The notes below the pieces were generated by a model. The model searched no databases. It saw only the letters and a list, made by a program, of their open reading frames with translations, and was not told the DNA's origin. From an uncultured Clostridia bacterium (GTDB lineage Bacteria; Bacillota; Clostridia; Oscillospirales; Acutalibacteraceae): a stretch of DNA of 25,209 nucleotides. Both the position numbers and the translations under genes were made by a program. Positions within the stretch are counted from its first letter, which is position 1, and the number at the start of each line of letters is the position of its first letter. Shown one piece after another: positions 17,281-25,209 of this stretch. The stretch spans positions 1-25,209 of the forward strand of contig CAMMKL010000001.1 of NCBI GenBank assembly GCA_946497265.1, read 5' to 3'.

Positions 17281-17321
17281 AAAGAAAAACGGCCTTGCTA
17301 AATACAGCAAGGCCGTTTTTC
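17281..17321. terminator. Bidirectional terminator between the two convergent transporter operons
   Basis: Perfect 16-bp arms GAAAAACGGCCTTGCT (17284-17299) / AGCAAGGCCGTTTTTC (17306-17321). Confidence 0.85.
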
Positions 17322-17338
17322 CTGCACAAAAAGTTTTA

Positions 17339-20300
17339 CTATTCCACGCTTTTAAGCGCTTCTACCATGTCGATGTGATCTAGGGTACGGTTCGTGATCA
17401 AATCGACAATATATGCGAAAAGGAAGGAAATAACCGCCGCGATCGCATAGCTGACAGGATGGATCGAGACTTCAAAATAAATAGAAGGCATATTGAGCAC
17501 ATATGTCAAACAGCCGCCCAGAAGATGACCGAGAGGCAGTCCCAGCAGGATGCCGAGACCGGTCAGGATCAGCGTTTCCTTATTGACATACAGGTGTACC
17601 TCTTTGTCGTAAAAGCCCAGTACCTTGATGGTGGCAAGCTCCCGCACCCGCTCCGAAATGTTTGTGGTAGCGAGGGTGAACAGCACGACAAAAGCCAGCC
17701 CTGCCGCAAAGATAATAATCACATACACCACCATGTTCACCAAGGCAAAATCGGCGGAAAAATCCCGCTTTAGGGCTTCTGTACTTACCGAAGAGAGCAC
17801 CCCTTCCCGCCGGCCCAGTTGGTCTGCATAGGCGGCCTGATCCGGGCAGTCGTCGGAAAGCTGCACCAGGACGCTGTTTGGCTTAAATTCACCAAACAGG
17901 TTTTCGTAGGTATCCTGCGTCATATAAATGGTATTGCCCAAATAATTCTTCACAATTTTTGTTACACCGGCTTCGGCCTGTATAAGTTGGGAATCCTGTA
18001 TGGTAACGGTGTCCCCTTCGCCGAAATGAAGCACCTGGGAAGCATTCTGTGTAATGTATACGCCGTTTTCTTCCATCGGCACCGGGTTGCTCGACCTATC
18101 TTCCAGCAAAATGTAATCCTCCAGCAAAGCGCCGCGCGGCACGACGATAAGCTGAACGTTTTCTTCGTCGCCCTGCGCGTTTTCCAGTTTGGCGGAATCG
18201 ATCAATACATTCAGGTATTGCGAAACGTCATTTCCTTCCTCCATATAAGACAGAAGCAGATCGTTGTCGTCCGCAGTGGAAACCGCCATCAGGTCGTACC
18301 GGTAGGTTTGCTCATATTGCTTTGGCATCAGGTCGGAGACCGTGTCTTTGATCGCAAAACCGCAAAGCACCAAAGCGGTACAACCCATGATGCCCGCAGC
18401 GGTCATAAACAGCCGTTTTTTGTATCGGAACAAATTGCGCGCAGTTACCTTGTTAAGGAAAGAAAAATGTTTCCATATCCATGGTATATATTCCAAAAAG
18501 ATGCGGGAACCGGAGTGGGGTGTTTTTGGGCGCATCAAGGCCGCCGGAGTCTGTTTCAGTTCGGCACGGCAGGCAAGCGCGGCAGCGCCGGCAATGCCCG
18601 CCATAAACAGGAACGTTCCGCCGATTCCATACAAAGGGTCGAAGAAAAGTCGGTATTCGGGCACCAGATACATGGTGTCAAAGATGTAGAAGATAATCTT
18701 AGGCAGCAGCACAAAACCGCCAATATCACCAAGGATGCCTCCCAAGAGGCAGGCGGCAAAGGTATAAAGCAAATACTTTCGGCGGATTTCCCGATTTGTA
18801 AACCCCAATGCCTTATAGGTACCGATCAGCCCGCGTTCTTCTTCTACCATGCGGGTGATGGTAGTCAGGCTGATGAGGATCGCAACAATGAAAAAGACGA
18901 TGGGAAACGCCGTACCGATTGCCTCAATGGAAGAAGCGTCGTTTTCTATGTTCGAGTATCCGCTCATGGAAGTACGGTCCTGGATATACCATTTCGGCCT
19001 GTCGATTTCGCTGACTTCTTCGCGTGCGTCTTCTAATTTTTGTTCCGCTTCTTGTCGCTTACCTTCGTATTCCTGCTTTTGCTGTGTGAGTTCCGCCGTA
19101 CCGTCTTCTAATTTTTTCCGGCTCTCTTCCAGCTCCACACGGCCGTCTTCCAGCTTCCGGCGGCCGTCTTCCAGCTGTGCTTCCTGCTGCGCTATGGTTG
19201 TCCAGGCGGCTGTAAACTGTGCCTGCGCTTGTTCTTGCTGTTCGCTGAGCGCGTCGAGCTGTTCTGAAAGAGCCGACGACGTGGCGCTTAATTGGGCAAG
19301 ACCCATTGCCAACTGCGGCAAAGACTGGGGAAGGGCTTCCAACTGCTGTTTTTGCGCGTTGAAAGCGGCAAGCTGTTCCTCGTAACCGGGGGAGGTGGGG
19401 TCCAGCGTGGAGATCTGAACGTCGATTTGCCGTATAGCGGCGGTTATCACGGGGGATAGTGCGTTAAGGAAGTTGCTTTGGGCGAGTGCAATCGCTTCGG
19501 GCAGCGCCGTTTGAGCGTTTGACGCTTGCTCCTTCAGGTCGGAAAGCTGTTGTGCAAGATCGGTGTATTCCGGCGAATCCGTTGAAAGGGAGGCCATCTG
19601 TTCTTCCAGGGAGGCTATCTGTACCTGTGCACGAACAAGCGGCAGATAGGCTTGTTCGGCGGAAACGAGCAGGGCGTCCCATTCTGCGGACGGCCACATA
19701 CTGCCGAATTGGGCGGATAACTCCTGCGCTTGGGAGGTGAGAGTTGCATATTCTGACCCAACCTGGGATTGGTTGTTTTCCAGCTGCGAACGGGCAGAGG
19801 CAATTCGGTCGTTCGCTTGAGACTGCTGCTTGGTTAACTCGTCTTTCCCCTGGTTAAGTTGGGCCTCGCCGTCGTTTAATTCCTGTTCCGATTCCAGAAG
19901 CTCCTGCTCACCTTCTGCCAACGCTGCATATCCGTCGTCCAGTTCCTGCTGGGCGTCTGCAAATTCGGCATCGGCTTCGGCAAATTGTTCCTCCATCTCC
20001 TGCTCGGCGTCCGTTACCTTTCCATAAGCCTCCCCGGTGACTGCGTCATAACGCGCCTGTTCGCGTGAATCTTTTATGGAGGTTTCGATGCTTTCAACTG
20101 TTTGGGCAACAATAGTTTTGTAATCCTCGGAATAGCAGGCAAGCTCGTCAGCACCCGACAGCGTCAAGTAGATCGCCGTATATATATCGGTTTGAACCGC
20201 TTTCGGAGAGACAAAAAAGACATAATCCGTGGAGGCAGAAGAGCGGAAAGCATTGGAGCCTTCCCCGGTGTTCATATCCATCGGATTGATGACGACCGCC

Positions 20301-20875
20301 GTGATGGTAAAAGAAGTATTGGCAAGCGCCGGTGTTTCTTCTTCCTCGTCCAAATCCACGTTAAATTCGTCGTCTTCGTTGGCAGTCGGTTCGCCGGCGG
20401 GTTTCTCTTTTTCCTGCTCTTCCAAGAGGAGGGTATCCCCTATGGATTTTCCAGTATCCCGGATGTATTTTTCGGTGACCGCGATTTCGTCGGCATTCTG
20501 CGGCAACACCCCTTCCAAAAGATAGGGCTTATTGAGCCCATTTTGGCTTAAAGCCTGCACCTGTGCGCTTTGCTGTCTGCCGGCCGCCTGCGTATAAACC
20601 GTTTCGCTGTAGGAGCCTTCTATCGTTTCCACACCGTCCAGTTCGGAAAGGGCTGCTACATCCTCTTGCGTCAGTCCCAATGTAGAGACGACACAGACGT
20701 CGTAAAGCTTTTGCGCGTCGAAAAATGCATCGGCGGAATAACGCAGGTCGCTGCAAGCGGCCTTGATGCCGGTCAGCATGGTCACGCCGAGTGCAGAGAT
20801 CAGCAGAATAGAACAGAAACGCTTTTTTCCTCTTAGGATGGAGCGCCATATATCTTTTCGGTAAGCATTTTTCAT
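17339..20875 (-). CDS. Large FtsX/MacB-like ABC transporter permease with long extracellular coiled coil
   Basis: 1178 aa; two permease repeats (TMs followed by RMVEEERGLIGTYKALG and ERVRELATIKVLG); roughly 350-aa E/Q/A/L-rich helical insert; ends MVEALKSVE. Confidence 0.92.
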   Translation of the reverse strand: MKNAYRKDIWRSILRGKKRFCSILLISALGVTMLTGIKAACSDLRYSADAFFDAQKLYDVCVVSTLGLTQEDVAALSELDGVETIEGSYSETVYTQAAGRQQSAQVQALSQNGLNKPYLLEGVLPQNADEIAVTEKYIRDTGKSIGDTLLLEEQEKEKPAGEPTANEDDEFNVDLDEEEETPALANTSFTITAVVINPMDMNTGEGSNAFRSSASTDYVFFVSPKAVQTDIYTAIYLTLSGADELACYSEDYKTIVAQTVESIETSIKDSREQARYDAVTGEAYGKVTDAEQEMEEQFAEADAEFADAQQELDDGYAALAEGEQELLESEQELNDGEAQLNQGKDELTKQQSQANDRIASARSQLENNQSQVGSEYATLTSQAQELSAQFGSMWPSAEWDALLVSAEQAYLPLVRAQVQIASLEEQMASLSTDSPEYTDLAQQLSDLKEQASNAQTALPEAIALAQSNFLNALSPVITAAIRQIDVQISTLDPTSPGYEEQLAAFNAQKQQLEALPQSLPQLAMGLAQLSATSSALSEQLDALSEQQEQAQAQFTAAWTTIAQQEAQLEDGRRKLEDGRVELEESRKKLEDGTAELTQQKQEYEGKRQEAEQKLEDAREEVSEIDRPKWYIQDRTSMSGYSNIENDASSIEAIGTAFPIVFFIVAILISLTTITRMVEEERGLIGTYKALGFTNREIRRKYLLYTFAACLLGGILGDIGGFVLLPKIIFYIFDTMYLVPEYRLFFDPLYGIGGTFLFMAGIAGAAALACRAELKQTPAALMRPKTPHSGSRIFLEYIPWIWKHFSFLNKVTARNLFRYKKRLFMTAAGIMGCTALVLCGFAIKDTVSDLMPKQYEQTYRYDLMAVSTADDNDLLLSYMEEGNDVSQYLNVLIDSAKLENAQGDEENVQLIVVPRGALLEDYILLEDRSSNPVPMEENGVYITQNASQVLHFGEGDTVTIQDSQLIQAEAGVTKIVKNYLGNTIYMTQDTYENLFGEFKPNSVLVQLSDDCPDQAAYADQLGRREGVLSSVSTEALKRDFSADFALVNMVVYVIIIFAAGLAFVVLFTLATTNISERVRELATIKVLGFYDKEVHLYVNKETLILTGLGILLGLPLGHLLGGCLTYVLNMPSIYFEVSIHPVSYAIAAVISFLFAYIVDLITNRTLDHIDMVEALKSVE

Positions 20876-20910
20876 AGTTTTGAGCTTCCTTTCTCACAAG
20901 CATAGCGTTT

Positions 20911-21612
20911 CTACCATTCAATTTCTGCAATGGAAGTAGGATGCTCATTACAGGTAACCTCAATCACTTTTCCGCTTTTAAAACGAATCAGGCGGTCCGC
21001 CATAGGGGCGAGCGCCGAGTTATGGGTAATGATCAGGACCGTAATTTTTTCTTTGCGGCAGGTGTCTTGCAGCAACTGCAAAATCTGTTTGCCGGTGGCG
21101 TAATCCAAGGCGCCGGTGGGTTCGTCGCACAACAGCAGTTTGGGGTTTTTCGCCAGCGCGCGCGCAATGGAAACACGCTGCTGCTCTCCGCCGGAAAGTT
21201 GGGCCGGGAAGTTGCTTTTGCGTTCCGAAAGCCCGACCTTGTCCAGTGTTTCGGAAGCGCTTAAAGAATCCGGGCATATCTGCGCCGCCAGTTCTACATT
21301 TTCCAGGGCGGTCAGGTTGGGCACAAGGTTGTAAAACTGGAAAACAAACCCGATATCTGTCCGCCGGTAGCCGATGAGTTCTTTTTTTGTGGATAAGGTA
21401 ATATCTCGGCCATCTACCAAAATCTGGCCGGAGGTGGGTGTGTCCATTCCGCCCAGAATATTAAGCGCAGTGGTCTTGCCCGCACCGGAGGAACCAAGGA
21501 TAACGGCGAGTTCGCCTTTTTCTACTTGAAAGGATGCATTGTCCAACGCCTTGATTGTGGTTTCTCCTGCAGGATATTCTTTGGTAACGCGATTGAATTC
21601 AATGTAAGCCAT
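20911..21612 (-). CDS. ABC transporter ATP-binding protein (LolD/MacB-type)
   Basis: Walker [19 protein letters not shown], signature LSGGEQQRV, Walker [16 protein letters not shown]. Start is ATG 21612 or GTG 21633. Confidence 0.95.
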   Translation of the reverse strand: MAYIEFNRVTKEYPAGETTIKALDNASFQVEKGELAVILGSSGAGKTTALNILGGMDTPTSGQILVDGRDITLSTKKELIGYRRTDIGFVFQFYNLVPNLTALENVELAAQICPDSLSASETLDKVGLSERKSNFPAQLSGGEQQRVSIARALAKNPKLLLCDEPTGALDYATGKQILQLLQDTCRKEKITVLIITHNSALAPMADRLIRFKSGKVIEVTCNEHPTSIAEIEW

Positions 21613-21627
21613 AATATGCAGCACTCC

Positions 21628-21713
21628 AATCACAAAACAACTTGTTGATTTATTCTATTATACTTCCATCCCATATCGTGCATCAATCAACAATTAGAAA
21701 GGAATTGTTGATT
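21628..21713. promoter_or_regulatory. Divergent promoter region with two TetR-operator-like inverted repeats
   Basis: Perfect AATCAACAATT-N7-AATTGTTGATT (21685-21713) and imperfect AATCACAA-N6-TTGTTGATT (21628-21650). Minus-strand TTGATG-N18-TATAAT (21686-21657) lies between them. Confidence 0.7.
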
Positions 21714-21792
21714 AAGTTGTATTTAACCGGTTGCCGTATCGCTTAACATCGTGTTATTATGATAATAAGTTTTATTTTAATAGGGAGGTCCC

Positions 21793-22353
21793 ATGAAAAA
21801 GCAGCCTCAGATTACCGAACAAACGAAACATAACCTGCGCACGGCGTTTTGGAGCCTATACATGGAAAAGCCGATCGAAAAAATATCCATTAAAGAAATT
21901 ACGGATCGGGCAGGCTACAATCGCGGTACGTTTTATCTGTATTATAAGGATGTATACGACTTATTTACTCAAATTGAAGAGGAAATCCTTGAGGCAATTC
22001 AGAAGGTGATTCGGGAAGCGATATCCAAAAACAGTACGTTTGACCTTTCCCATCAAATGGGCTTTTTGATGGAATTGGTACAAACGCATTCCCGGTATGT
22101 GCCTGTTTTGTTAAGCGACCGCGGCGACCCCAAGTTTGCCACACGAATGAAAGAGCTGATCTGGCCTTTGCTCAACCGCTATTTTGTGCCCTCTCAGGGT
22201 CACAATGAATATGAGATGGGGTTGCTCTCAGAATTTTATCTTTCCGGTGTGTTGGCGGTAATAGCAAAGTGGCTTTCCGACCCCCAAATGACCGTCAGTC
22301 AGTTTTTGGCATTTATGATACCCAGCGTCTTTCCTAGCGATGGGCAGCCGTAG
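21793..22353 (+). CDS. TetR/AcrR family transcriptional regulator
   Basis: KPIEKISIKEITDRAGYNRGTFYLYYKDVYDL; RBS GGGAGG. Confidence 0.93.
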   Translation: MKKQPQITEQTKHNLRTAFWSLYMEKPIEKISIKEITDRAGYNRGTFYLYYKDVYDLFTQIEEEILEAIQKVIREAISKNSTFDLSHQMGFLMELVQTHSRYVPVLLSDRGDPKFATRMKELIWPLLNRYFVPSQGHNEYEMGLLSEFYLSGVLAVIAKWLSDPQMTVSQFLAFMIPSVFPSDGQP

Positions 22354-22431
22354 GGGTTTCTTTTGCTCGGGTGGAATCCTAAAAGGGTTTGTGCATAGGG
22401 GAAGCAATGATCCGGCTAAGGAGGTAAGAAT

Positions 22432-24057
22432 ATGACGACGGCTTTATTGATTGGCGCGGTTGTGCTGGTGATCTGCGTTGCTTCCAGCAAGCTTTCCAAT
22501 AAGATCGGCATCCCTGTTCTATTGCTTTTTATAGTGTTGGGGATGCTGTTTGGGTCCGATGGTATTTTGAAGATAGGCTTTGATGATTTTCAGCTTGCGG
22601 AAAAGATCTGCTCCGCCGCTCTGATCTTCATAATGTTTTATGGAGGCTTTGGAACCAGTTGGGCTCCTGCAAAGCCGGTGGCGGTCAAAGCGGCGCTGCT
22701 ATCTTCTTTGGGGGTAATCGCTACCGCGGGGCTTACCGGCGTATTCTGCCATTTTGCTTTGGGGATGGATTGGCTCGAGGGGTTGCTTGTGGGTTCGGTG
22801 ATCGGCTCAACCGACGCGGCGTCCGTCTTTTCCATTCTGCGTTCCAAAAAACTGAATTTAAAATACGGCTTGGCCTCAATGCTGGAAGTGGAAAGCGGTA
22901 GCAACGACCCTTTTGCCTATACGCTCACTATGGTTTTTTTGGCGCTGATGTCGGGCAATGGAGAAATCTCTATCAGTTACTTTATTTTTTCGCAGATCAT
23001 ATACGGCCTGCTATTTGGTGCGGCGATCGGATTGCTCTCCGCTTTTCTATTAAGGCGGGTGCACTTTGAAATCAACGGCCTGCATACGATATTGGTGGTG
23101 GCGGTGGCTTTGCTTGCCTATGCGCTTCCTTCCCTAGTGGGCGGAAACGGTTATCTGAGCGTATACCTGGCCGGCATTATACTGGGGAACAGCAAGATTT
23201 TTGACAAGGTTACCCTGGTACATTTTTTTGATGGGGTAACCTGGATCATGCAGATTTTGATTTTCTTTTCTTTGGGTCTGCTCTCTTTCCCTTCCCAAAT
23301 GCCGCAAATCCTGCTTCCTGCCATTGGAATTACCATTTTTCTTACCTTTGTGGCTAGGCCCGCAGCTGTATTTGCCATATTATCCTGGTTTAAAGTACCG
23401 GTACGCCAGCAGCTATTGGTTTCTTGGGCGGGATTCCGTGGGGCGGCGTCGATTGTTTTTGCCATTTATGCGGTCATCAGCGACGCACAGCAAAGCATTG
23501 ACATTTTCCATATTGTCTTTTGTGTGGCATTGCTTTCGGTTTCGTTTCAAGGGACGCTGCTCCCGGTATTTGCCAAAAAGCTTCTTCTGGTGGATGACCA
23601 AGATACGGTGTTTAAAACCTTTAACGACTATCAGGATCCTATGACCATGAAGTTAATCGAGCTACCCATTAGCCAAAGGCATCCATGGGCGGGCTGCCGT
23701 CTTAACGAGATTTCTATGGCGGAAGGTTCTTTGGTGGTAATGGTCAAACGGGACGAAAAGGCGTTGGTACCGCATGGGGAAACGCTGATTCAGACAGGGG
23801 ATGTACTGGTAGTAAGTTGCCCTTCTTATGAGGACGATGGGAGCGTACGCCTGTTGGAAGAGACGCTGGAGAAAAGACATCCTTGGGTAAATAAAAAGCT
23901 TAGCGAAATTACGCTGCCGCGAGGGTCTTTGGTGGTAATGGTCAAACGGGAGAATGAATCCATGATTCCCAATGGGGATACGCTCCTGCAGCGCGGCGAC
24001 GTACTTGTGATGAGTGCAGCGGTTTCTCAGAAGACTGTCAGCAAAGCGGATTCGTAA
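22432..24057 (+). CDS. Potassium/proton antiporter (CPA1, CvrA/NhaP2-like) with two C-terminal TrkA-C domains
   Basis: IGSTDAASVFSILR, ESGSNDP, WAGFRGAASIVFA; two SLVVMVKR...P.G.T.....GDVL repeats; RBS AAGGAGG. Confidence 0.92.
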   Translation: MTTALLIGAVVLVICVASSKLSNKIGIPVLLLFIVLGMLFGSDGILKIGFDDFQLAEKICSAALIFIMFYGGFGTSWAPAKPVAVKAALLSSLGVIATAGLTGVFCHFALGMDWLEGLLVGSVIGSTDAASVFSILRSKKLNLKYGLASMLEVESGSNDPFAYTLTMVFLALMSGNGEISISYFIFSQIIYGLLFGAAIGLLSAFLLRRVHFEINGLHTILVVAVALLAYALPSLVGGNGYLSVYLAGIILGNSKIFDKVTLVHFFDGVTWIMQILIFFSLGLLSFPSQMPQILLPAIGITIFLTFVARPAAVFAILSWFKVPVRQQLLVSWAGFRGAASIVFAIYAVISDAQQSIDIFHIVFCVALLSVSFQGTLLPVFAKKLLLVDDQDTVFKTFNDYQDPMTMKLIELPISQRHPWAGCRLNEISMAEGSLVVMVKRDEKALVPHGETLIQTGDVLVVSCPSYEDDGSVRLLEETLEKRHPWVNKKLSEITLPRGSLVVMVKRENESMIPNGDTLLQRGDVLVMSAAVSQKTVSKADS

Positions 24058-24087
24058 CGCTTTAATTGAAAATAACGTTATAAAATC

Positions 24088-24127
24088 AAAAAGCCTGCCG
24101 TTTTTTGAGTCGGCAGGCTTTCCTTTT
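24088..24127. terminator. Bidirectional terminator between the antiporter and metA
   Basis: AAAGCCTGCCG (24090-24100) / CGGCAGGCTTT (24111-24121). Confidence 0.75.
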
Positions 24128-24130
24128 AGA

Positions 24131-25048
24131 TTAAAATAGATCCTTTAGATCGTAAGGCGTTTGCTGGTATACATAATAGTTCAGCCAGTTACTGTACAAC
24201 AGGTTTGCGTGGCTGCGCCAAGTCATGGGGGGCAGGGCGGCGGGGTCGTCGCCGGGGAAATAGTTTTGGGGAACTTTTGGGGAAAGCCCACGGTTTACGT
24301 CGCGAAAGTATTCGTTTGCCAGCGTATTGCGGTCGTATTCTGCATGGCCTGTGACAAAAAATTGCCGTCCGTTTTTACTGGCGACGATCGTTACCCCTGC
24401 GATGCGGGAGGTAGCGAGGATAACCAGTTCCTCGTGCTGCATAATGTCTTCCCGGCGGACTTCCGTATTTCGGGAGTGCGGCAACAGGAAACGGTCGTCA
24501 AAACCGCGCATAAGGGGATGGAAGACGTCGCTGATCCGATGGCGGAAGATACCGGAAAGTTTTTCGCGCAGCGGATATTTGGGGATGCCATAATGGTAGT
24601 AAAGCCCCGCCTGTGCGCCCCAGCAGATGTGGAATGTGGAGTAAACGTTCTTTTTACTCCACTCCATAATATCCGTCAGTTCCCGCCAATAATCTACTTC
24701 CTCAAAAGGAAGCAGTTCCACCGGTGCGCCGGTGATGATCATGCCGTCGTAACGCTCGCCCCGAATTTCACTGAACGATTTGTAAAAAGTACTCAAATGG
24801 GAAGAGGCCGTGTTTTTGGCAACATGGGTTACCGTTTGAAGCAGTTCGATATCAATTTGTAGCGGGCTGTTTCCCAAAAGTCGAAGAAGCTGGGTTTCCG
24901 TTTCTATTTTTGTTGGCATCAAATTAAGAATTATAATTTTTAGCGGACGGATGTCCTGTTTCATAGCGCGTTCGTGTGTCATGACAAAAATATTTTCAGA
25001 CTCCAGCACTTTTCTGGCCGGAAGGGAATCCTGAATTTTAATTGGCAT
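24131..25048 (-). CDS. metA: MetA-family homoserine O-acyltransferase, predicted O-acetyltransferase
   Basis: MPIKI..., [38 protein letters not shown] (catalytic Cys), PHSR, TGHAEYD. ATG 25048 is 8 nt from GGAGG. Confidence 0.96.
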   Translation of the reverse strand: MPIKIQDSLPARKVLESENIFVMTHERAMKQDIRPLKIIILNLMPTKIETETQLLRLLGNSPLQIDIELLQTVTHVAKNTASSHLSTFYKSFSEIRGERYDGMIITGAPVELLPFEEVDYWRELTDIMEWSKKNVYSTFHICWGAQAGLYYHYGIPKYPLREKLSGIFRHRISDVFHPLMRGFDDRFLLPHSRNTEVRREDIMQHEELVILATSRIAGVTIVASKNGRQFFVTGHAEYDRNTLANEYFRDVNRGLSPKVPQNYFPGDDPAALPPMTWRSHANLLYSNWLNYYVYQQTPYDLKDLF

Positions 25049-25139
25049 TTTCATGGCCTCCGTTGTTAAATGTAAATTCATTATAACAAAGAGTGTTCCA
25101 GACTGCAATACAAGGTACTGGAAAGAAAGGCTCCAGAAA

Positions 25140-25193
25140 AAATAAGAAATTTAAAATAAAGTGTTGACAAAAGGGGAAGAGATATGATAATAT
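25140..25193 (+). promoter_or_regulatory. Strong sigma-A-like promoter with AT-rich UP element, pointing out of the window
   Basis: A-tracts at about 25136-25160, TTGACA at 25164-25169, GATAAT/TAATAT at 25186-25193. Confidence 0.6.
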
Positions 25194-25209
25194 ATCGAAG
25201 CCGCTTCGA

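Noticed and set aside
17819-19036. 405-aa plus-strand ORF and the other long antisense ORFs in the track (e.g. 272-817, 2666-3265, 24161-24862)
   Set aside because: They shadow well-supported genes on the opposite strand or in another frame, which is expected in GC-rich coding DNA, and show no recognisable motifs or start signals.
25049-25140. SAM riboswitch or T-box leader upstream of metA
   Set aside because: The space before the divergent promoter is short, and no S-box or T-box consensus is visible.
1-25209. CRISPR array, integrase, transposase, prophage genes
   Set aside because: No regularly spaced repeat-spacer units and no recombinase, transposase or phage structural motifs in any ORF.

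Overview
Mostly ordinary chromosomal DNA from a moderately GC-rich Firmicute (probably Clostridia/Oscillospirales; inferred from gene content and AGGAGG/sigma-A signals). Left to right: 5'-truncated folD; an unassigned membrane protein and an ANT(6)/AadK-family adenylyltransferase; a YtrA-type GntR-ABC operon; gapN broken by one in-frame TAA; a PadR + HAAS-type membrane protein pair; an AT-rich cassette of about 1.9 kb at the 3' end of tRNA-Ala(CGC), with no integrase, encoding an XRE controller, a BglII-family nuclease and an MT-A70 methyltransferase; nth; a mirror-image transport locus (TetR <- | -> small beta-rich protein, MMPL, secreted heptad-repeat protein -> terminator <- giant FtsX permease, ABC ATPase <- | -> TetR); a K+/H+ antiporter; metA; and a strong outward-facing promoter at the right edge. 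The best leads are (i) the C-R-M cassette, with matching operator-like palindromes over two promoters and an unusual R-before-M order, and (ii) the MMPL/heptad/beta-barrel locus as a possible lipid relay across the envelope. No CRISPR array, integrase, transposase or rRNA gene was seen. All family assignments come from motif recognition by eye, not from database searches.
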